Shown: positions 10,232 through 19,114 of the stretch, one piece after another
How positions within the stretch are numbered: the stretch's first letter is position 1
Layout of the letters: every line of letters starts with the position of its first letter
NCBI GenBank assembly: GCA_937919625.1
Contig: CALFRK010000003.1
Coordinates: 8,886-72,885 of the forward strand
DNA length: 64,000 nt
Direction of reading: 5' to 3'
Source: an uncultured Ilumatobacter sp.
GTDB taxonomy: Bacteria; Actinomycetota; Acidimicrobiia; Acidimicrobiales; Ilumatobacteraceae
Translations under genes and position numbers: made by a program
Notes under the pieces: generated by a model
What the model saw: only the letters and a program-made list of their open reading frames with translations
The model's database searches: none
Told to the model about the DNA's origin: nothing

Positions 10232-11227
10232 ATGTTGCCCATTGCGGTTGACGCAATGGGCGGCGACAACGCTCCGGGCGCGATCGTGGCCGGGGCCAGG
10301 GTCGCCGCCGCCGCCGGTACACCGATCGTGCTGGTCGGTCCTGCCGACCTTGCAGATCTAGTCGATATCGGAGATCTTCCGCTGATTGTGGCGAGCGAGG
10401 TCATCGAGATGGATGACGACGGTGGCAAGGCCGTTCGCCGTAAGAAGGATTCTACGCTGGTGCGTGCTGCCGAGGCGGTTCGAGATGGTCAGGCGTCGGC
10501 GATGGTTTCTGCTGGCAACACTGGCGCCACGATGGCATCGGCTCTGTTGCGGATGGGTCGCATCAAGGGTGTCAACCGCCCCGCTATCGCCACGATCGTC
10601 CCGGTGCCGGGCGGCGAGCCGACCGTGCTGCTCGACGCCGGTGCCAACGCCGAGGTGCAAGCCGAATGGATGGTGCAGTTCGCCCAGATGGGCTCGATCT
10701 TCTCGCGACACCGCTTTGGGGTCGAGTCGCCGAAGGTTGGCCTGCTGTCGATCGGTGAAGAGCCGGGCAAGGGCGACCAACTCCGCAAGGAGACCTATCC
10801 GTTGCTGGTGCAGGCCGCCGAGTCGAGCGATCTGAACTTCATCGGCAATGTCGAAGGCCGCGACGTCATGACCAACGCTGCTGATGTGATCGTCGCCGAT
10901 GGCTTCACCGGCAATGTCATGCTCAAGACGCTCGAAGGTGGACTAAAAGCGGTTATCGGGGCACTGCTCGGGGCGTTCGGTTCGTCACCTGAGTACAAAC
11001 AGCACGCCGACGCCCTCATGCCGGCACTGATGCCGATCTACGAGATGCTCGACCCCGAGACGTACGGCGGGGCCATGCTGCTGGGTGTCGACGGCGTGTG
11101 CGTCATCTCGCACGGCTCGTCCAGCGAACGAGCGATCGTGAACGCAATCAACGTGGCTCGCGAGATGGTCGAGGCGAACGTGGTCGGCGAAATCGCGGCG
11201 GCCATGCACTTGCCCGAAAACACCTGA
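10232..11227 (+). CDS. plsX: phosphate acyltransferase PlsX
   Basis: MLPIAVDAMGGDNAP...SAGNTGA...DGFTGNV. yceD-rpmF-plsX synteny is conserved. Confidence 0.9.
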   Translation: MLPIAVDAMGGDNAPGAIVAGARVAAAAGTPIVLVGPADLADLVDIGDLPLIVASEVIEMDDDGGKAVRRKKDSTLVRAAEAVRDGQASAMVSAGNTGATMASALLRMGRIKGVNRPAIATIVPVPGGEPTVLLDAGANAEVQAEWMVQFAQMGSIFSRHRFGVESPKVGLLSIGEEPGKGDQLRKETYPLLVQAAESSDLNFIGNVEGRDVMTNAADVIVADGFTGNVMLKTLEGGLKAVIGALLGAFGSSPEYKQHADALMPALMPIYEMLDPETYGGAMLLGVDGVCVISHGSSSERAIVNAINVAREMVEANVVGEIAAAMHLPENT

Positions 11228-11232
11228 CTCAG

Positions 11233-11649
11233 TTATAGGTCGCGAAGAAAGCGAACCAGGTCGGTGGTCGTGACGATCCCGACCAGCCCGCCCGCCGCAC
11301 CGATGACGAGTACCGAGTGAAGCCCACCCCTGGCGAGCAGTTCGGCCGCGTCGTGCACGCTTGCCGACTCGGGCAGTGTCACCAGCTCGGTGCTCATGAC
11401 GTCCTCTAGGTTGAACTGGTGGTCGAGCATCGTCGTCAGCATTCGGTCGTCGGCCCCGTCGATGTCGTACACAAGTCTGAGCACATCGGTCGATGAGATG
11501 ATGCCGACAGGCTGCTCGTTGTCGAGCACGGGCACATGATCGAATTTTGCTCGATTGAGAGCGTGGTACACCTCGGTGAGCGGTTGTCCCAGCTCGATTG
11601 AGACGATTTCGGTCGTCATGATCTCGGTGATCGGTGTTTGTCGCTTCAT
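11233..11649 (-). CDS. CBS domain pair protein
   Basis: Two CBS repeats (IMTTEIVSI..., VMSTELVTL...). The start is the ATG at 11649, with GGAGG 8 nt upstream. Confidence 0.7.
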   Translation of the reverse strand: MKRQTPITEIMTTEIVSIELGQPLTEVYHALNRAKFDHVPVLDNEQPVGIISSTDVLRLVYDIDGADDRMLTTMLDHQFNLEDVMSTELVTLPESASVHDAAELLARGGLHSVLVIGAAGGLVGIVTTTDLVRFLRDL

Positions 11650-11737
11650 AGCGTCATTCCTCCACTGCCAGCGTACGACGTGGGCCATCCCGAGAGCATG
11701 GTCGGCTAGCATCAAGAGCGTGCCTGCAGAGACTCAT

Positions 11738-12013
11738 GTGAACCAGGGCCCGATCGAGCGCGACGAGATCTTCGAGATTGTCCGCGATCGTCTGGCCGAC
11801 ATTTTGGAGATCGATCCATCCACGATCAGCGAAGGGCAGTCATTCAGCGACGACCTCGAAGCAGATTCACTGGCCCTGATCGAGCTCGTCGAGGCGCTCG
11901 AGGAGGAACTCAGCGATCGTACGGTCGGTTTTCGTATCGACGACGAAGACCTCGAAGACCTCAAGACAGTCCGCGACGCCGTCGACTACGTGCACGAGCG
12001 CACGAGAAACTGA
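11738..12013 (+). CDS. acpP: acyl carrier protein
   Basis: Phosphopantetheine attachment motif DDLEADSLALIELV. The start is uncertain: GTG at 11738 or GTG at 11720. Confidence 0.8.
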   Translation: MNQGPIERDEIFEIVRDRLADILEIDPSTISEGQSFSDDLEADSLALIELVEALEEELSDRTVGFRIDDEDLEDLKTVRDAVDYVHERTRN

Positions 12014-12016
12014 CAC

Positions 12017-12697
12017 GTGAGTCTCGGCGCGCTCGAAAAGCGCCTGGGTTACACGTTTGGTGACCAGGAGCTACTCAGGCGCGCCATGTGCCATCGTTCG
12101 TGGGTTGCCGAGTCCACCGATAGCTACAGCAACGAACGGCTCGAATTCCTTGGTGATGCCGTGCTCGGCTGGGTGATTGCAGACCTTGTGTTCGACCGCT
12201 ACGCAGATCTGGCGGAAGGGGCCCTCACCGACTTACGCAAGAGCGTCGTAAACGCCAATGCTCTTGCAGAGGTCGCGGCGGAGATTCATATTGGAGACCA
12301 CCTGCTACTCGGCAGAGGTGAGGATGCGGCCAACGGCCGCGAGAAGGTGTCGATCCTGTCCGACGCGATGGAGGCGGTGCTCGGCGCCGTCTACATCGAT
12401 GGTGGCCCGACCGCAGTTTTCAATCTGATCGAGCGGTTGTTCGTGCAGCGCCTCGAGAATGCGATCGGCATGCTCGATCGGCTCGACTACAAGTCTGCGC
12501 TGCAAGAGATTTTGGCGCAGCACACCAGACCAACCCCTGACTATGTCGTGCGCTCCACCGGGCCCGATCACGACAAGACGTTCTTCGCCAAGGTGCTGGT
12601 CGCAAAGCAACTACTCGGCGAGGGTCAGGGCCGCTCGAAGAAGGCTGCTGAACAAGCTGCCGCCGGAGCGGCCTTCTCTGCCCTGACAGACGACTGA
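12017..12697 (+). CDS. rnc: ribonuclease III
   Basis: NERLEFLGDAVLG signature and a C-terminal dsRBD (GPDHDKTFFAKV...GRSKKAAEQAAA). Confidence 0.9.
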   Translation: MSLGALEKRLGYTFGDQELLRRAMCHRSWVAESTDSYSNERLEFLGDAVLGWVIADLVFDRYADLAEGALTDLRKSVVNANALAEVAAEIHIGDHLLLGRGEDAANGREKVSILSDAMEAVLGAVYIDGGPTAVFNLIERLFVQRLENAIGMLDRLDYKSALQEILAQHTRPTPDYVVRSTGPDHDKTFFAKVLVAKQLLGEGQGRSKKAAEQAAAGAAFSALTDD

Positions 12698-12701
12698 TCA
12701 G

Positions 12702-13538
12702 ATGCCAGAGCTCCCCGAGGTCGAAACCGTGCGTCGCGGACTCGAACGGTTCGTCGTGGGTCGGCGTATCAACGCCGTCGAGGTTGGCCGCCAACGAACG
12801 GTGCGTCGCACATCGCGCCAAGCCGTGATCGACGGCATGACCAACACCGTTGTGCTCGCCGCCAACCGGCGCGGAAAGTATCTGCTGTTACCGCTGGACA
12901 GCGGCGATGAAGTGATGATTCATCTCCGAATGAGCGGCCAGGTGCTCGTCGCCGACGCCGGCGCCGATCGCCCGCCGCATACCCATGTCGTACTGCATCT
13001 CGACGACGGCAACGAGATGTGGTTTGTCGACCCGCGCACATTCGGCGAGGTCGTCGTATTCGACCCCGACCATGTCGACGTCGAGATCCCCGATCTGGCC
13101 AAGCTCGGCCCCGACCCGATCGCTGAGGGCATCACGCTGCCCCAGTTCCGCAAGATCCTGCGCCGTCGACACCGCCAGATGAAGCCGCTATTGCTCGATC
13201 AGCATGTGATCGCTGGGATCGGCAACATCTACGCCGATGAGATTCTGCACGAGGCGCGACTGCGCCCCGACCGGATATCCGACGAACTGTCAACCTCGTC
13301 TGAACGGCGGCTTCATGAGGCCATGCATCGCATCCTGCGCGAGGCGATCGCTCAGGGCGGTTCGACGCTCGGCGATGCCCAATACGTCGACCTGTTCGGC
13401 GATTGGGGTACATACCAGCACTCCCACGCCGTCTACGGCAGAACTGGCGAAAGATGCATGAGTTGCGGCATTGGGTGGATTCGCCGCACGGTGTCTGCCC
13501 AACGTTCCACGCACTACTGCCCAAACTGTCAGCGGTAG
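12702..13538 (+). CDS. mutM: formamidopyrimidine-DNA glycosylase
   Basis: MPELPEVETVRRGL N-terminus and a C-terminal zinc finger (C..CG.......R.T.YCPNCQ). Confidence 0.9.
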   Translation: MPELPEVETVRRGLERFVVGRRINAVEVGRQRTVRRTSRQAVIDGMTNTVVLAANRRGKYLLLPLDSGDEVMIHLRMSGQVLVADAGADRPPHTHVVLHLDDGNEMWFVDPRTFGEVVVFDPDHVDVEIPDLAKLGPDPIAEGITLPQFRKILRRRHRQMKPLLLDQHVIAGIGNIYADEILHEARLRPDRISDELSTSSERRLHEAMHRILREAIAQGGSTLGDAQYVDLFGDWGTYQHSHAVYGRTGERCMSCGIGWIRRTVSAQRSTHYCPNCQR

Positions 13539-13668
13539 GCCCGAACTGACAAGGGAGAGCCGCGCATGGCGGTGATCATTTCGAACAACTCAGTGATCCG
13601 AAGAGCAGGCGGCAACCCCCAGGGAACGTGACCTATTGGCGCTCACTGCGAGTAGATTCAGGCCCGCC

Positions 13669-16600
13669 GTGTTCCTCAAGAGTCTCACCCTCAAAGGCTT
13701 CAAGTCGTTCGCCGACTCGACCGTCATGAACCTCGAACCGGGGGTCACGGTGGTTGTCGGCCCGAACGGATCGGGCAAGTCGAACGTTGTCGACGCGATC
13801 GCCTGGGTGCTCGGCGCTCAGGCCCCAAAATCCATGCGCTCTCAGAAGATGGACGACGTTATTTTCGCCGGCACCGAGAAACGGGCGGCTCTCGGTCGGG
13901 CAGAGGTAAGCCTCACACTCGACAACTCGTCGGGGTTACTGCGGGTCGAGTTCAACGAGGTCACGCTGACCCGTATCCTGTTCCGCACCGGCGACAGCGA
14001 GTACGCCATCAACGGCGTGCCGTGCCGCTTGCTCGACATCCAGGAGTTGCTCTCCGACGCAGGAGTCGGTCGCCAGCAGCACGTGATCGTAAGCCAGGGC
14101 CAGATCGATGCGGTGCTGAACGCCCGACCCGAGGATCGCCGCGGCATCATCGAAGAGGCCGCCGGCGTGCTCAAGTATCGCAAGCGCAAAGAAAAGGCCG
14201 AACGGCGACTTGATGCCACAGAAGCCAACCTGCTGCGCCTGCAAGACCTGCTGCGCGAGGTTCGTCGGCAGCTGCGCCCACTCGAGCGCCAGGCGGAGGC
14301 CGCCCGCCGCCACGAGTCGTTGGTGGCTGAACTGACGATTTTGCGCGTGTATATCGCGGGGCGGGAGATCAGCGGGCTGCGCACCAAGCTGGAGGCGATC
14401 GCCACCGACCGTATCGACGCGGTACGGCTGGAAGCGGGGCTGAAGTCCCAGTTGGCCAAGCTCGACACCGAGATCATGGCGACCGAGGCGCAGTTGTCGG
14501 CCCGCGGCGAGCACGATGTCAGCGACCGGCTGATGCAGGTCGAGCAGCTACGTGAGCGGGCACGCGGCCTGGCGGGAATCCTGGCCGAGCGCAAACGCTC
14601 GCTCGAGCGCGACCACGGCCAACTGTTGGGCGAGGGTGTGGTCGCCAACCTTGAGGCCGACGTGGCCCGCTTCAGCAGCGAACTCGACGAGGTCGTCGCC
14701 GGGCTCGAACAGATGGCGCCCGCCGGTGAGGCGCTGGCCGCCGAGGAAGAATTGTTCCGCGCCGAGCGAGGTCGTGTTACCGAAGCCCTAGCCGCCAACG
14801 ATGGGGGAGCGAAGGCAGCCAGTGCCGCCGCCGAGGTGCGCGGCGAGCTGCGATCGGTGCGCGGCGGTGCCGAGCGCACCGATAACGACTTGCGGCGTGC
14901 CACCATCCGCGCCGGCGAGCTGCGAGGCAAGCTCGAACAGCTCGGCACCGAGGCCGAGCGGCTTCGTGACGACTGTGCTCGAGCCGAGGCAATCGAGAGC
15001 CCACTCGTCGATCAGATCGAAACTGCCGAACGGGCCCGTGCTGGCGCGGACACGGTGCTCGAGCGTTGCACCGCGGAGCGCCACGACGCTTCCGAGGCGG
15101 CGTCGCGTTCGGGCGCAAGGGTCGAAGCGCTCCAGATGGCGCTCGATGCGGCCAGGGCCCGCGCCGGTGCCGAACGCCTGGCCGGAGTCGATGGCGTGCT
15201 CGGCACCCTGCTCGACCTGGTCGAGATCGACGCCGGGTGGCAGGAGGCCGTCGAGGCTGCGCTTGGTGAAGCGCTAACGGCGGTGGTGGTCGACAGCCCT
15301 CGATCGGCTCAGCGGGCGCTGGCGGCATTGCGCGAGTCCAATACCAGCGGTGCCGTACTTGCAGCCGGCGTCGTTGCCAACCACGGCCGCTTGCCAAACG
15401 TCGGCGAAGCCGTGATGGCACATGTTCGTTCTGGCATTCCGGGCATGTCGGGGCTGCTGGAAGCGCTCGTCGGGGCGGCCGTCCGCGTCGATGGTCTTGA
15501 TCAGGCGATCGAGGCAGCGTTGTCGAACCCAGACGCTGTGATCGTCACGCCGGCCGGTGACCGTTTTGGCCCGACAGGGTGGCGGGTCGGCGCTGCCGCC
15601 GGCGGTGCAACCGCCGCCGCCCTCAAGGACGCTCATCACCGTGCCGAACTTACCAAGGCTGCGCTGACCGCCGCCGAAACTGCACTCCGCGGTGCACGCG
15701 ATTCTCAAGAGGCGACGCGTCAACAAGAGATCTCGCTGACTCGCCAACTCGATCAGAACGATGCGCGGTTCACGGCTGCCTCTGAGGGCCTTGCGAGGGC
15801 GCTCGGCCGCCGCCGCGAGTTTCAGGCCGAGTTGGAAGGGCTCGATCGCAGCATCGTCGAGTTGACGGTACACATCGAGCGCGAGCGTGTGCGGATCGGC
15901 GAACTCGAGGCGATGCTGCCGTCTCTCGACGCTAACGAACAGGCTGAGGCCGATGCTGCCAAGGCTCGCGGTGAGGCCCGCGCCGAGCTCGAGTCGCGGG
16001 CCGCTGCGCTGGGTTCACGCCGCCGTGAGCTGGAAGTGCGCAACGCCGGTTTGCACGATCGCCAACAGTTTCTCGAATCCCGCATTGTCGAGACCGAACG
16101 GCGGCTCGAAGCCGATCAAGAAGCGCGTTTTCTCGCCGCCGAGCGGCGTGAGCAGATCGAGCGTTCAATCGTGGCCATCGATCGACTCGCCACTCTCGTG
16201 CAAGTGCACCGAGCTGTCGTCGAGGTCGAACACAACGACCTGATCGAGCGCCGGCGCCGCCAGAGCGAAGAGGTGCGCGGACTGTCGACGACGCTCGACA
16301 CTGCCCGCAAGGCGCGTACCGAGTCCGAGCGCAAGCTCGAAGAGATCCGTCACAAGTCGCATCGCTCCGAGATCGAGGAGGCCGAGGCCAAGCTGCGGCT
16401 GGAGACCTCGATCGAAACGCTGCGCCGCGACCTCGACATCGAGCCGCAAACCGCCGAGGCCGCCGCTGCACCAGAGTTGCCCGAGGGGGCGACGGCGGCA
16501 GGGCGCGGGCGCGAACTCGATCGCGAGCTGCGCCTGCTGGGGCCGATCAATCCGCTCGCTCTGGAAGAGTTCAACGAGCTACAGCAACGCCATGCCTTCC

Positions 16601-17148
16601 TCGACGAGCAGCTCGAGGATGTTCGCTCGACTCGCCGCGACCTCAGCAGGGTCATCAAGGCGGTCGATCAGGAGATCCAGAATGTGTTCGCCGGCGCTTT
16701 TGCCGACGTCAGCCTCAACTTCACCCAGCTGTTCAGCACGCTGTTCCCTGGTGGTGCCGGCCAGCTCAAGCTCACGACACCTGACGACCTGCTCAACTCG
16801 GGCATCGAGGTCGAAGCCAAGCCGAGTGGTAAGAATGTCAAGAAGCTGTCGCTGCTGTCTGGCGGCGAGCGCAGCCTGACCGCGCTGGCGTTCTTGTTTG
16901 CCGTATTCCGCAGCCGGCCGTCCCCGTTCTATGTGATGGACGAGGTCGAGGCTGCCCTCGACGACGTGAATCTGCACCGGTTCCTGGGCCTTGTTGCCGA
17001 ATTTCGCAAGGACGCCCAGCTGCTGATCGTGTCGCACCAGAAGCGCACGATGGAGGCCGGTGACAGCTTGCTCGGCGTTTCGATGCAGCCTGGTGGATCG
17101 TCGAAGGTCGTCACCGAACGAGCTGGCTCGGCACCGAGTCGAGGCTGA
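13669..17148 (+). CDS. smc: chromosome segregation protein SMC
   Basis: N-terminal LKGFKSF...GPNGSGKSN, long coiled coils, a hinge, and C-terminal LSGGERSLTALAF...YVMDEVEAALD. The GTG at 13669 is preferred over the track start at 13636. Confidence 0.9.
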   Translation: MFLKSLTLKGFKSFADSTVMNLEPGVTVVVGPNGSGKSNVVDAIAWVLGAQAPKSMRSQKMDDVIFAGTEKRAALGRAEVSLTLDNSSGLLRVEFNEVTLTRILFRTGDSEYAINGVPCRLLDIQELLSDAGVGRQQHVIVSQGQIDAVLNARPEDRRGIIEEAAGVLKYRKRKEKAERRLDATEANLLRLQDLLREVRRQLRPLERQAEAARRHESLVAELTILRVYIAGREISGLRTKLEAIATDRIDAVRLEAGLKSQLAKLDTEIMATEAQLSARGEHDVSDRLMQVEQLRERARGLAGILAERKRSLERDHGQLLGEGVVANLEADVARFSSELDEVVAGLEQMAPAGEALAAEEELFRAERGRVTEALAANDGGAKAASAAAEVRGELRSVRGGAERTDNDLRRATIRAGELRGKLEQLGTEAERLRDDCARAEAIESPLVDQIETAERARAGADTVLERCTAERHDASEAASRSGARVEALQMALDAARARAGAERLAGVDGVLGTLLDLVEIDAGWQEAVEAALGEALTAVVVDSPRSAQRALAALRESNTSGAVLAAGVVANHGRLPNVGEAVMAHVRSGIPGMSGLLEALVGAAVRVDGLDQAIEAALSNPDAVIVTPAGDRFGPTGWRVGAAAGGATAAALKDAHHRAELTKAALTAAETALRGARDSQEATRQQEISLTRQLDQNDARFTAASEGLARALGRRREFQAELEGLDRSIVELTVHIERERVRIGELEAMLPSLDANEQAEADAAKARGEARAELESRAAALGSRRRELEVRNAGLHDRQQFLESRIVETERRLEADQEARFLAAERREQIERSIVAIDRLATLVQVHRAVVEVEHNDLIERRRRQSEEVRGLSTTLDTARKARTESERKLEEIRHKSHRSEIEEAEAKLRLETSIETLRRDLDIEPQTAEAAAAPELPEGATAAGRGRELDRELRLLGPINPLALEEFNELQQRHAFLDEQLEDVRSTRRDLSRVIKAVDQEIQNVFAGAFADVSLNFTQLFSTLFPGGAGQLKLTTPDDLLNSGIEVEAKPSGKNVKKLSLLSGGERSLTALAFLFAVFRSRPSPFYVMDEVEAALDDVNLHRFLGLVAEFRKDAQLLIVSHQKRTMEAGDSLLGVSMQPGGSSKVVTERAGSAPSRG

Positions 17149-17179
17149 TCGTCACGTTGTGTCAGACACAACGTGACGA
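17149..17179. terminator. perfect 13-bp-stem hairpin between convergent smc and the peroxiredoxin gene
   Basis: tcgtcacgttgtg-tcaga-cacaacgtgacga begins 1 nt after the smc stop codon. A near-identical element occurs at 40023..40049. Confidence 0.5.
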
Positions 17180-17193
17180 CTCACCAACGATCG

Positions 17194-17820
17194 TTACGGC
17201 TGGTCGGCCCAACGCAGGTAAGGCTTGATCTCTTCGACGTTCTGCAGGCGCTGGCGGGCGTCGGCAGTCGACATCGCCGGTGAGACGATGACCCGGTCTC
17301 CAGGCCGCCAATCGGCGGGGGTGGCGATCGGAGCGGCGTCGGTGGCCTGCAGGGCGTCGACGACGCGAACGAGCTCGTCGAAGTTACGTCCGACCGACTT
17401 GGGATAGGTCAGCGTGAGGCGGACCTTGTTGTTCGGGTCGATCACGAACACCGAACGAACCGTCGAGGTGTCGCCTTCACCGGGATGGATCATGTCGTAC
17501 GCCTCGCTGACCACCCGGTCGGGGTCGGCGACGATTGGGAAGTTGACGGGGATGCCGCCGACCTCGGCGATGTCGGGTGCCCACGCGTGGTGATCGACGA
17601 TCGGATCGACCGACACAGCGATTGCCTTCGTGTTGCGCTTGGCAAACTCGTCTTTCAAGGCGGCGGTGCGGCCGAGCTCGGTGGTGCACACGGGTGTGAA
17701 GTCGGCAGGGTGACTGAAAAGGATCGCCCACGAATCTGCCTTCCAAGCGTGGAAATCGATCTCGCCGTCCGTCGTGATGGCGGTGAAGTTTGGTGCTTCG
17801 TCTCCGAGGCGAATGGACAT
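17194..17820 (-). CDS. 1-Cys peroxiredoxin (Prx6-type)
   Basis: MSIRLGDEAPNFTA...WAILFSHPADFTPVCTTELG. The start is at the internal ATG. Confidence 0.85.
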   Translation of the reverse strand: MSIRLGDEAPNFTAITTDGEIDFHAWKADSWAILFSHPADFTPVCTTELGRTAALKDEFAKRNTKAIAVSVDPIVDHHAWAPDIAEVGGIPVNFPIVADPDRVVSEAYDMIHPGEGDTSTVRSVFVIDPNNKVRLTLTYPKSVGRNFDELVRVVDALQATDAAPIATPADWRPGDRVIVSPAMSTADARQRLQNVEEIKPYLRWADQP

Positions 17821-17908
17821 GGTGGGACCCCCCTCATTCGAGCTCATAATTCTGACTAGTTCTATCAGTTATCCCAACCGGTGAGGCGTCGGCAACACCG
17901 ATAGCGTC

Positions 17909-19063
17909 GTGCCAGGTATGCAGTGGTATTGGATCTTCTTGATTCTGGCCGTCGCCGTGATGGTGTTCGGTTTCGGGGTCGTACTCGTCAACCGCCGTCA
18001 GGCACAGCGATCGGTCGCCCCGCCGCGTCCGGCGTCCGGGGTGACGAAACCACCCCCCAAGCAGGTTCCGCTCGACCACCTTCCGCCCGACGACGGCGGT
18101 GAGATACCCATCGCCGAGCCCGAGCCGCCGGTCGAACGCGCCGGCACGCCGGCGCCGTTGCGCGATCGGCTCGCCAAGGCCCGAATCGCCTTTTCGGGCG
18201 CGTTTGCCGGCGTCTTGGGTCGCTCGACGATTACCGACGAAACATGGGACGACTTGGAAGAAGCCCTGCTCAGGGCTGACGTCGGGCTCGGTGTCACCAC
18301 TTCGCTACTCGACCAGCTCAAGCAGAGGGTGAAAGACAAGGCGATCAACGAGCCGTCAGAGCTGCTGGACGCGCTGCAGGTCGATATGGTCGCCCAGCTG
18401 CAGGGGGCCGACCGCACGATCCGCTTCGACGACTCGTTCGGGCCCGGCCAACCGAATATCTGGCTGTTCGTAGGTGTCAACGGGGTCGGCAAGACCACAA
18501 CGATCGGCAAGCTCGCCCGTCAGCAGGTCGACAGTGGGCGTTCGGTGTTGCTGGCCGCTGGCGACACGTTCCGCGCCGCCGCTGCCGAGCAGTTGGGCAC
18601 GTGGGCCGAACGATCGGGTGTCGAGTTCGTCAGGGGCGCCGATGGCAGCGATCCATCCTCGGTCATTTTCGACGGGGTCGAGCGAGCGGCAGCCAAGAAC
18701 ATCCAACTCGTGCTAGCAGATACCGCCGGTCGCCTACATACCAAGACGAACCTGATGGAAGAGCTGAAAAAGGTTCGTCGGGTCGCCGAAAAGGGCGCAG
18801 GCACGGTGACCGAGACATTGCTCGTGATCGACGCCACGACCGGCCAGAACGGTTTGACCCAGGCGCGTGAGTTCCGTGAGGCCACCGATGTCACGGGCGT
18901 GGTGCTGACCAAACTCGATGGCTCGGCCAAGGGTGGGATCGTGTTCGCGATCGAAACCGAACTGGGAATTCCGATCAAGCTGGTCGGCGTCGGCGAGCAG
19001 CTCGGTGACCTGATGCCGTTCGATCCGGCCGAGTTCGTGGAAGCCTTGTTCGAACAAGCCTAA
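17909..19063 (+). CDS. ftsY: signal recognition particle receptor FtsY
   Basis: N-terminal TM segment, then an NG domain with GVNGVGKTTTIGKL, DTAGR and TKLDGSAKGG. Confidence 0.9.
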   Translation: MPGMQWYWIFLILAVAVMVFGFGVVLVNRRQAQRSVAPPRPASGVTKPPPKQVPLDHLPPDDGGEIPIAEPEPPVERAGTPAPLRDRLAKARIAFSGAFAGVLGRSTITDETWDDLEEALLRADVGLGVTTSLLDQLKQRVKDKAINEPSELLDALQVDMVAQLQGADRTIRFDDSFGPGQPNIWLFVGVNGVGKTTTIGKLARQQVDSGRSVLLAAGDTFRAAAAEQLGTWAERSGVEFVRGADGSDPSSVIFDGVERAAAKNIQLVLADTAGRLHTKTNLMEELKKVRRVAEKGAGTVTETLLVIDATTGQNGLTQAREFREATDVTGVVLTKLDGSAKGGIVFAIETELGIPIKLVGVGEQLGDLMPFDPAEFVEALFEQA

Positions 19064-19114
19064 AAAGTTCCCAAATTTCGGGAACCACACCGAGCAGGCG
19101 AGCGTCAGAAGAGC

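Noticed and set aside
13842-14948. 368-aa minus-strand ORF, plus several others across 13.9-17.0 kb
   Set aside because: They are antisense to smc, with low-complexity Ser/Arg/Ala composition.
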